Shown: one piece after another, positions 25,745-32,000 of the stretch
Numbering within the stretch: the first letter of the stretch is position 1
Layout of the letters: every line of letters starts with the position of its first letter
Assembly: GCF_000020025.1 (NCBI RefSeq)
Contig: NC_010628.1
Span: forward strand, 2,880,001 to 2,912,000
From: Nostoc punctiforme PCC 73102
GTDB taxonomy: Bacteria; Cyanobacteriota; Cyanobacteriia; Cyanobacteriales; Nostocaceae
DNA length: 32,000 nucleotides
Reading direction: 5' to 3'
The notes under the pieces: model-generated
Seen by the model: the letters and a program-made list of their open reading frames with translations, nothing else
Database searches by the model: none
Told to the model about the DNA's origin: nothing
Position numbers and translations under genes: made by a program

Positions 25745-27127
25745 CTAAATACTGACTTTTTTGATTTTCAAACTCTTCAAATATTCTTCTGGCTTTTCGG
25801 GGTCAAATTTGATGCCATCAAAAAACTCTTCTACACCACGGGATGTATTTGTAGGAATATCGGCAACGGCAATTCCAGCTTCTTTGGCAGCTTCTTTCCA
25901 AATATCTTCACGGTTGACTTTGTTGATAAGTTCTCTAGCCTTAGCAGCATTATTGTCTACGTAATCTTTTGGCAAGAATCCCCAACGCACGTTTTCAACT
26001 ATGAACCATAAATCATGACTCTTGTATGGATAAGAAACATTTCCTTTTCCATCTTTCCAGTAATAAGCAGCCATTGATTTATCATCAATTTTGCGACCAT
26101 CACCCATGTCATACTTCCCTTGGTATGGATCAGCCAGTATTTCTGGTGAAGGAAGATTGAAATAATTTCGTCCAGCCAAAATCTGAGCCGCTTCTTTGCG
26201 GTTATCAAAATTATCTAGCCATTGTTGGGCTTCCATAATTCCTTTTAAAATTGCTTTGGTAGCCTTGGGATTTTTATCAACCCAATCGCCTCTCATGGCA
26301 AGATATTCTTCAGGATGATTCTTCCAAATTTCTGCGGTTAATGCTGCTAAGTAGCCGATTTTGTCTTGAACCAGGCGATAAGGCCAGGGGTCGCCTGTAC
26401 TAAAGGCATCCATTGTTCCTGTTTTCATGTTGGCCACAGTTTGCGCTGCTGGTACTGTGAGCAACTTGACATCTGCATCTGGATCTAAGCCACCTGCTGC
26501 TAACCAGTAGCGAATCCACAAATCTTGGTTGACGTGGGGAAAGGTGAATGCAGCCGTGAAGGGTGTTGAAGATTTTGATTCCTTAAGCAAAGACTTAGCG
26601 CCAGCGAGTTGTAAACTAATACCTTTGCCTTGGTGCTTGTTTGCGATCGCAATTCCATTTCCATGTGTAATTAATTGACATAAGACATACATGGGAATTT
26701 TTTGATTGCCTTTGGTAATTAAACCTTCTGTGATTAAATGTGGCATTGGCATCTGCCATTGACCGCCATCTATACCACCACCAGCAGAACCAATTTCTAC
26801 GTTGTCCCTTGCTGAACCCCAAGAAGCTTGCTTGGAAAGGTCAACATTAGTCATGCCATACTTGGCAAAAAAGCCTTTTTCTTTAGCAATAATTAAAGGA
26901 GCCGCTTCTACAATAGGAATATACCCAAGCTTGACTGTAGTAGTCTCTGGTGCTTGTTCGGAACTAATATTAGCAACCGACTGAGCAGTTGGTTGTGCTT
27001 TAGTGCTTCCACCAGTTAAGTTTTCGGGGGGATTACCCAAACAGCCTTTAAGGAATACAGCACTTGCAGATGCTCCGGCTGCGAAAATGAATTTGCGGCG
27101 AGAAATTTGATTAAAAAATTCTGTCAT
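25745..27127 (-). CDS. cmpA: CmpA/NrtA-family periplasmic solute-binding lipoprotein (bicarbonate-type motifs)
   Basis: There is a Tat/lipoprotein-like leader ([21 protein letters not shown]). The motifs [59 protein letters not shown] and [10 protein letters not shown] match my memory of CmpA better than NrtA (GGIDGAH..PMPY, CVGEPWN). The family call is secure; the subfamily call is tentative. Confidence 0.7.
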   Translation of the reverse strand: MTEFFNQISRRKFIFAAGASASAVFLKGCLGNPPENLTGGSTKAQPTAQSVANISSEQAPETTTVKLGYIPIVEAAPLIIAKEKGFFAKYGMTNVDLSKQASWGSARDNVEIGSAGGGIDGGQWQMPMPHLITEGLITKGNQKIPMYVLCQLITHGNGIAIANKHQGKGISLQLAGAKSLLKESKSSTPFTAAFTFPHVNQDLWIRYWLAAGGLDPDADVKLLTVPAAQTVANMKTGTMDAFSTGDPWPYRLVQDKIGYLAALTAEIWKNHPEEYLAMRGDWVDKNPKATKAILKGIMEAQQWLDNFDNRKEAAQILAGRNYFNLPSPEILADPYQGKYDMGDGRKIDDKSMAAYYWKDGKGNVSYPYKSHDLWFIVENVRWGFLPKDYVDNNAAKARELINKVNREDIWKEAAKEAGIAVADIPTNTSRGVEEFFDGIKFDPEKPEEYLKSLKIKKVSI

Positions 27128-27466
27128 AATATCTCCTTTGAAGGTAAATTTTATTTTTTATAGCTATGACAATTTAGGCAAAAAACATTATGTTTATTGC
27201 GCTATTTAATGATTAATCAAGCTATATTTGACAATGTAAACGCAGCCATTTCACCAATGACCCGTCTACTTATATAAAAACTCGGCTAATTTATTGGCTC
27301 TGCTCTAGTGTGACGCAGAGGCATCATTCACCTTGTTGAAATCAGTTTACAGCCTTTGAAGCCAAATTAGTTCACTCGGTATCTCGAATTATTAAACAAA
27401 TATTAGATTGGATGCATAAGGAAAAATTTATCTATTTTCCTTAACTATAGTAATAATTTCTAATAT

Positions 27467-28918
27467 CAATACCGTTGCCAATTTACGAGGGTTCAACACC
27501 TGTGGAAAGGGGATGAATACGTCCCAAAGAAGTGAGCTTGGCAAAAATTTGGGCTAGTAAAATAGGCTCAGGCTTTTGAGGAAGTATTTTTAACATTTCA
27601 TGAACATATCGAAAACCACGGTAATAAGCTTTCAGGTCAATAATGCCAGAACCAGGATTATGTTTACGGAAATCAGCTAGAAGATGATGGGATAAATTGA
27701 CCATAAAGAATGCAATATTAGCAGCATTAGTCACAGCAGTTTGGCTCAGATTCATAAAATCTTCCAAGCCCCAGAATTGCTTGGCATCCCGAAAATTAAA
27801 CTCGATTTGGAAACGAAGCTTGTAATAGTCAATAATTCTGTCAGCCGTCAAATCTAAGTCGCTGGAAAATAAAATTACATGGCTACGTATATTGGCTTTA
27901 AGATTAGTTTTGACTAAAATAACTACATTGAGAGACTGAGCAAATTCTTTGTGAAGAAGAGTAGCTTGATAAATATCAGTTTGAATTCCATCTTCAATAT
28001 CACTTTTACACAAATATTTCTCAGGTAGATTACGGTAGTCTAGTTTTTCCCCGTATTTACGACGAGAACGTTTATTCGAGTCAGGATTTTCATAAGGGAT
28101 GTATAATGCTGAATCATGGCGCAGCTTGGAAATTATGTGCAAGTTAACTTGTCGTACCATCTGCAAGGCATTGTTGTTACCAAAATGACCATCTACTACC
28201 AAGTATGTCAAGGGGATAAAGTTAGCTACTAGCTCAAATAGTGAGTTAATCATCTTTTTAATTAACAAGAGTTCAGATGTTAATATCACTTCGGTTTTGT
28301 TTTTATTCTTACTGCCTTTCGGTCGTCCCCGTCCACGTTTCTCTTTAGCTTTTACTTTTTTGATTGGCAAGGTGTTATTTATTTGGGCATCACTTTTAAT
28401 TACCTGTTCTATTCCAATCGGAAATGATTGCCTTCCTTCTACGCTTACTAATGACAATACGAAGAAAGATAAACCATTAATTGGTTTACTAGCCAGGCTA
28501 GAAAAAAATCTATCTACTCCGTAAGTTTGCTTCCCCGATTTACTAACTACAACTTCATCTCCTGCAAGCAAATACACATCATTTTTTCGCCACAAATGTT
28601 GACGAAAAAACAGCCAAAACAATGTTGCCCAAGGTATTACTGTAGAAAAAAATCTCCCCATTGTCCGATAGCTACCGCCATCACCTGCCCAACGGGCAAT
28701 TCCCAACATCGTGACTCGACCACTTAGAGCTAACATTGCCAGGATAATTTGGTTCAATTGCCGCATCGTTGTCGCGTTTATCTGCGGTAGCAGGCATTGC
28801 AGGAGTGATAAGATATCGGGCATGGGTTGATTGTGGCTTTTGAGTTGTCGTTTGGGAAGACAATAACTCTACTACATCAGCCCTCTCTCTTCACCCTCTG
28901 ATTTTGGCTAAGGTATTG
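27467..28918 (-). mobile_element. Intact IS (1452 bp), IS701/IS4-like, with 25-bp imperfect TIRs and a 5-bp target-site duplication
   Basis: The left TIR is CAATACCGTTGCCAATTTACGAGGG (from 27467). The reverse complement of the right end is CAATACCTTAGCCAAAATCAGAGGG (ends 28918), matching at 18 of 25 positions. AATAT occurs at 27462-27466 and again at 28919-28923. A single uninterrupted transposase ORF lies inside. Confidence 0.8.
27483..28823 (-). CDS. DDE transposase (446 aa), IS701/IS4-like
   Basis: ORF track. The N-terminus reads ...GRVTMLGIARWAGDGGSYRTMGRFF.... VYLLAGDEVVVSKSGKQTYGVDRFFSS fits a first-Asp region. A basic patch KKVKAKEKRGRGRPKGSKNK is present. YYKLRFQIEFNFRDAKQFWGLEDF fits a YREK-like C-terminal catalytic region. 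The family name is tentative. Confidence 0.8.
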   Translation of the reverse strand: MPDILSLLQCLLPQINATTMRQLNQIILAMLALSGRVTMLGIARWAGDGGSYRTMGRFFSTVIPWATLFWLFFRQHLWRKNDVYLLAGDEVVVSKSGKQTYGVDRFFSSLASKPINGLSFFVLSLVSVEGRQSFPIGIEQVIKSDAQINNTLPIKKVKAKEKRGRGRPKGSKNKNKTEVILTSELLLIKKMINSLFELVANFIPLTYLVVDGHFGNNNALQMVRQVNLHIISKLRHDSALYIPYENPDSNKRSRRKYGEKLDYRNLPEKYLCKSDIEDGIQTDIYQATLLHKEFAQSLNVVILVKTNLKANIRSHVILFSSDLDLTADRIIDYYKLRFQIEFNFRDAKQFWGLEDFMNLSQTAVTNAANIAFFMVNLSHHLLADFRKHNPGSGIIDLKAYYRGFRYVHEMLKILPQKPEPILLAQIFAKLTSLGRIHPLSTGVEPS

Positions 28919-28919
28919 A

Positions 28920-28968
28920 ATATATAAACTATTGTTTATGGAGACTATTATATTTACACTATGATTTA
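28920..28968. repeat. 49-bp direct repeat, copy A
   Basis: ATATATAAACTATTGTTTATGGAGACTATTATATTTACACTATGATTTA, identical to copy B at 45 of 49 positions. It starts right after the IS target duplication. It contains the dyad ATAAAC-N4-GTTTAT. Confidence 0.85.
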
Positions 28969-29012
28969 CTGTTTTCGCTTATTTTATAACTTCCTTTTAG
29001 CCGTAATTGGTC

Positions 29013-29061
29013 ATATATAAACTCTTATTTATGGAGACTATTATATTTAAATTATGATTTA
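29013..29061. repeat. 49-bp direct repeat, copy B (93 bp from copy A)
   Basis: ATATATAAACTCTTATTTATGGAGACTATTATATTTAAATTATGATTTA. Confidence 0.85.
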
Positions 29062-29241
29062 TATCAAGTCCGGTCAATCACTTATGATTACCGCATCTGT
29101 GCAAAAATCGAAAAAGCCTCTTTCCCCCTGCCTCCTGCGGTCTAAATGATAAGTCTTTAGCCGGACACGATATTACAGGTACATAGTTTCCCTCACAATG
29201 TATTTGTATCAACCTTAAAATCAAATGGTATTATGAATTTC

Positions 29242-29285
29242 CAATATGTATGGGGTAGACATCTTTGCCCACCCCATACATATTG
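29242..29285 (-). terminator. Perfect 15-bp hairpin about 50 nt downstream of argJ
   Basis: CAATATGTATGGGGT (29242-29256) pairs with ACCCCATACATATTG (29271-29285), with a 14-nt loop. No U-tract follows, so it may be a stability or REP-like element rather than a classical terminator. Confidence 0.35.
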
Positions 29286-29333
29286 AATAATTTATTTCTT
29301 GTTTGAAAATCCCTTGTAGCTTTTGTGAGCAGT

Positions 29334-30575
29334 TTACGTAGTATATTCGGCGTTAATCCTCACGTAGTCATAACTCAAATCACAACCCCAAGCTTTACCC
29401 ACACCATTACCGTTGCCAACATTAACGGAGATTAACACCGTATCATCTTGGAGATAAGCACCCGTCGCTGCTTTTTTCAAATAAGCACTCGCTGCTGCAC
29501 GGTCAAAAGTTAAGGGTTGCCCGTTTTCTAACATTAAGAAATTCCCTAACTTAATTTGCAGGTTTTCTTGCTCAAATGGTATACCTGCACGTCCGGCGGC
29601 GGCGGCGATGCGTCCCCAGTTGGGATCTCGTCCAAAGATTGCAGATTTAACTAAGGATGAACCAGCGATGGTTTTGGCTATTTGTCGGGCTGAGAGTTCA
29701 TCATGGGCCCCTGTTACTTCCACTTCTATTAGACAGGTTGCGCCTTCACCATCACGAGCGATCGCTTTGGCTAAATGCTGGCAAACTGCTGTTAACATGG
29801 CTTCTAATTTCTCTGCTTCTGCGCCCCATTCTATAATTGCTGGGGTACGAGATTGACCATTTGCCAAGGCGATTAAGCTGTCGTTGGTGCTGGTATCGCC
29901 ATCCACGGTAATGGAATTAAAGCTTCTATCAGCCGCTCTTGCTAACATTTGTTGCCACAGGGCTGGGGAAACCACAGCATCACAAGTAACAAATGCCAAC
30001 ATGGTTGCCATGTTGGGATGGATCATACCGGAACCTTTGGCAATGCCCCCAATTCTGACAGGGCGTTCACCTACAATTGTCTCTAGGGCAATGGATTTTG
30101 TTACTAAATCTGTAGTGATAATCGCCCCAGCTGCGGCATCTGAACCTGTTGCTGATAGTGCTGCTACTACCTTGGGAATCCCACTTCGCAACGCATCCAT
30201 CTTAATTCTTTGACCAATCACGCCAGTGGAAGCCAATAAGACAGATTCAGACGAGATGTTTAGTGCGTGAGCTATTGCCAGAGAAGACTCTAGGGTATCA
30301 AGGTAGCCTTGATTACCTGTAGCGGCATTTGCTTGTCCAGCGTTGCAAAGGATGGCACGAGCGCTAGGTTTAGCTTGCAAGCGTTGGCGACAATATTCGA
30401 CACAGGCAGCTTTAACTTGACTGGTGGTGAATACACCAGCTGCGATCGCTTCCACCTCTGAAAATATCAATGCTAAATCCGGCAACCCCGAAGGTTTCAA
30501 CCCTGCGGTTATTCCCGCCGCCTGATACCCCCTTGGTGCTGTGATACCACCTGTGATTCTTTGCCAATCTGCCAT
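29334..30575 (-). CDS. argJ: Bifunctional ornithine acetyltransferase / N-acetylglutamate synthase ArgJ
   Basis: 413 aa. It has ITAPRGYQAAGITAGLKPSG, IAKGSGMIHPNMATMLAFVTCDA (the autoproteolytic ATML site) and a C-terminal CDLSYDYVRINAEYTT. Confidence 0.9.
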   Translation of the reverse strand: MADWQRITGGITAPRGYQAAGITAGLKPSGLPDLALIFSEVEAIAAGVFTTSQVKAACVEYCRQRLQAKPSARAILCNAGQANAATGNQGYLDTLESSLAIAHALNISSESVLLASTGVIGQRIKMDALRSGIPKVVAALSATGSDAAAGAIITTDLVTKSIALETIVGERPVRIGGIAKGSGMIHPNMATMLAFVTCDAVVSPALWQQMLARAADRSFNSITVDGDTSTNDSLIALANGQSRTPAIIEWGAEAEKLEAMLTAVCQHLAKAIARDGEGATCLIEVEVTGAHDELSARQIAKTIAGSSLVKSAIFGRDPNWGRIAAAAGRAGIPFEQENLQIKLGNFLMLENGQPLTFDRAAASAYLKKAATGAYLQDDTVLISVNVGNGNGVGKAWGCDLSYDYVRINAEYTT

Positions 30576-30635
30576 TATTCTTCCTTATAACTATCAGGTT
30601 GGATAGGTCAATTTGTGCTTTAAAAAAGTGCGAAG

Positions 30636-30655
30636 AGACGCGATTAATCGCATCT
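30636..30655. repeat. AGACGCGATTAATCGCATCT palindrome-family copy in the argJ 5' region
   Basis: One substitution relative to the perfect copy at 25703-25722. Confidence 0.85.
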
Positions 30656-30801
30656 GTATAAGAGTTATGAGCTTACCCCCGGTTCCCTTGCTCCCCAATT
30701 CCCAGTGACTATTATGAGTTTATTTGCTGATGGCAATAATAATGCACCAGTTGGCGATTAGCATAATTGTTTTTACCTTTCTTATGAAGAAAGACAAATA
30801 T

Positions 30802-30853
30802 AAAAAAAGAGAGCGACCCAAGTTGCTCTCTAGAGCATTACGGTGCATCTTTT
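30802..30853 (-). ncRNA. Candidate small RNA, unit 1 (~51 nt; promoter-like elements plus intrinsic terminator)
   Basis: In minus sense: TTAACT (30887-30882), a 16-nt spacer, TATACT (30865-30860), then GTGAGTAAAAGATGCACCGTAATGCTCT, the stem-loop AGAGAGC-N10-GCTCTCT (30831-30808) and U7. It is paralogous to unit 2. The start is inferred, not measured. Confidence 0.35.
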
Positions 30854-30953
30854 ACTCACAGTATATATTTGATTATTTAAAAGTTAATACTTATTGATTA
30901 AGATTATTTCTAAAATTTTAATGAGCTACTCCGTAAATACCACAAAATTAGAT

Positions 30954-31004
30954 AAAAAAGAGAGCTACTTAGGCAGCTCTCCAGATCATCAGGGTGCATC
31001 TACT
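30954..31004 (-). ncRNA. Candidate small RNA, unit 2 (~51 nt), a paralogue of unit 1
   Basis: In minus sense: TATAGT (31016-31011), then GTGGTAAGTAGATGCACCCTGATGATCTG, the stem-loop GAGAGCT-N8-AGCTCTC (30981-30960) and U6. Similarity to unit 1 starts at the -10 box and ends at the U-tract. The loop sequences differ while the stems are kept. Confidence 0.35.
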
Positions 31005-31116
31005 TACCACACTATATCATTTTAGGTATGCGGGTAGTCACCAGTTTTTATATAAAGATTTTATGAAGAAACACCGAGAAAATACTTACTTTAGGTATGG
31101 GACATTGGGCATTGAA

Positions 31117-31275
31117 AAGAGGCAGAGGGGCAGGGGGAAGAGAGAAGGAAGACAAGGGAGAGGGGGGAGACAAAGAAGGAACTTGTTTAATAATTCTCTC
31201 TTATTCCTCTTCTGCTCCTTGTCCTCCTTGTCCTCCTTGTCCTCCTGCTCCCTTACTCCCTACTCTCTCACCCTT
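31117..31275. repeat. Long purine-rich arm / pyrimidine-rich arm quasi-palindrome, including (TCCTTGTCC)x3
   Basis: The sequence gaggcagaggggcagggggaagagagaaggaagacaagggagaggggggagacaaagaagga is followed by an AT-rich centre. After that comes ctctcttattcctcttctgctccttgtcctccttgtcctccttgtcctcctgctccc. The element lies immediately 3' of gatB. Confidence 0.75.
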
Positions 31276-31296
31276 CAAACCTGCTTTGACAGACTA

Positions 31297-32000
31297 CTAA
31301 GCATTCAGTTTCTTTTCTACCAATTCGTTAGTCAGCTTAGGATCAGCACGTTTGGCTGTCTTTTTCAGAACTTGTCCCACAAAGAAGCCTTTAAGGTTGG
31401 TGTTACCGTTGCGATACTTTTCTAGTTCTTTAGGATTGGCGGCTATGACTTCATCAACGATAGGTTCTAGTACAGTAGGATCGGTAATTAACTCAAGACC
31501 TGCAAAGGCTTTTTCAGGAGAAATCCCACTGAGCAAATCTGGCAGTTTTTCTTTAGCTTGAGCATTACTAATTTTGCCCGTTTCAATGCGAGTAATGATC
31601 TCAGCTAAATTGGTGGGAGTCAGCTCGATTTGAGTAATAGTGAGTTTTTGCTTATTAAGATGGGCTGCGATATCTTGAGTAATCCAGTTTGCAGCAGCTT
31701 TGGGATTTGCTCCAGATGCGATCGCAGTTTCAAAATATTCGGCTATTGAACGATCTTCTGTCAACACTCGCGCATCGTAAGCCGAAAGCCCTAACTCACT
31801 TTCATAATGATGGCGTTTTTGGGCTGGTAATTCTGGTAGTTCGCTACGCCAATTTTCTAATTGTTCATTTGACACCTCAATTGGTGCTAAATCTGGTTCG
31901 GGGAAGTAGCGGTAATCGCTAGAACCTTCCTTTACCCGCATACTACTTGTGCGTTGAGCGCCTTCTTCCCACAGCCGAGTTTCTTGAATAATGCGATCGC
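31297..32000 (-). CDS. gatB: Asp/Glu-tRNA amidotransferase subunit B (GatB), C-terminal part (gene continues past the right edge)
   Basis: The ORF-track entry starts at an internal Met (31941), but the frame stays open to 32000 (...IIQETRLWEEGAQRTSSMRVKEGSSDYRYFPEPDLAPIE...). The C-terminal YqeY-like tail reads NLKGFFVGQVLKKTAKRADPKLTNELV. Confidence 0.9.
   Translation of the reverse strand, partial: DRIIQETRLWEEGAQRTSSMRVKEGSSDYRYFPEPDLAPIEVSNEQLENWRSELPELPAQKRHHYESELGLSAYDARVLTEDRSIAEYFETAIASGANPKAAANWITQDIAAHLNKQKLTITQIELTPTNLAEIITRIETGKISNAQAKEKLPDLLSGISPEKAFAGLELITDPTVLEPIVDEVIAANPKELEKYRNGNTNLKGFFVGQVLKKTAKRADPKLTNELVEKKLNA

Noticed and set aside
27379-27392. NtcA-like site GTATCTCGAATTAT upstream of the A-subunit gene.
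   Set aside because: It has TAT instead of the TAC half-site and no -10 box at the canonical ~22-nt distance. A chance match is likely in AT-rich DNA.
27441-27453. TTA-N7-TAA (TTAACTATAGTAA), a possible CmpR-type LysR box next to the IS end.
   Set aside because: It is a single occurrence of a very low-information motif in about 75% AT sequence. It cannot be supported from sequence alone.
30802-31000. Small hydrophobic peptides starting at the shared AGATGCACC in the two sRNA-like units (MHRNALESNLGRSLFLYLSFFI... and MHPDDLESCLSSSLFYLILWYL...), as possible type I toxins.
   Set aside because: Both ORFs would have to read through the intrinsic terminator stem and U-tract. They have no SD, and the amino-acid similarity is explained by the DNA conservation. 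They are kept only as a remote alternative.
30994-31425. Plus-strand ORFs 30994..31425 and 31097..31300.
   Set aside because: They are translations of the purine/pyrimidine repeat (GRGKREGRQGRGG..., CPPCPPCPP) and of the gatB antisense strand. They are not credible genes.

Overview
The window looks like chromosomal DNA from a filamentous Nostocales-type cyanobacterium. The evidence is about 30 copies of the HIP1 octamer GCGATCGC, several tandem heptamer (STRR-like) tracts, GC-rich hairpin repeats in the spacers, and typical cyanobacterial gene content.

Positions 1-7800 are accessory and visibly degraded. They hold the first 543 codons of a BREX-1 pglX (the gene runs off the left edge). Next comes a BrxC-like ORF that lacks its N-terminal ATPase part, with an IS630 element sitting exactly at the truncation point. 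Beyond that are a LodA/GoxA-like gene fragment, a second IS630 relic and an AT-rich stretch with only tiny ORFs.

The rest is mostly housekeeping:
- a very large sensor kinase with a ParD-like RHH N-terminus and two complete kinase+receiver modules
- an SLH/OprB-type porin, a thioredoxin, fabG and chrA
- a GST-like protein and a DUF58 protein
- a four-gene CmpABCD/NrtABCD-type ABC transporter operon; each of its three internal spacers is filled by a different structured repeat, one of them a 21-bp x ~13 tandem array
- an intact IS701-like element with TIRs and a 5-bp target duplication upstream of that operon
- argJ and the 3' part of gatB

I saw no rRNA, tRNA or CRISPR array. I do not see a convincing intact novel multi-gene system. 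The items most worth follow-up are:
- two tandem promoter-to-terminator mini-units between gatB and argJ (candidate paralogous ~51-nt sRNAs)
- the intra-operon 21-bp array, which carries covarying palindromic cores
- the RHH-fused double histidine kinase, together with the direct repeats in its upstream region
- the IS630-beheaded BREX locus
- a 56-nt GC-rich structured insert that splits a conserved transposase motif

All functional calls rest on motif recognition by eye. No database search was possible.
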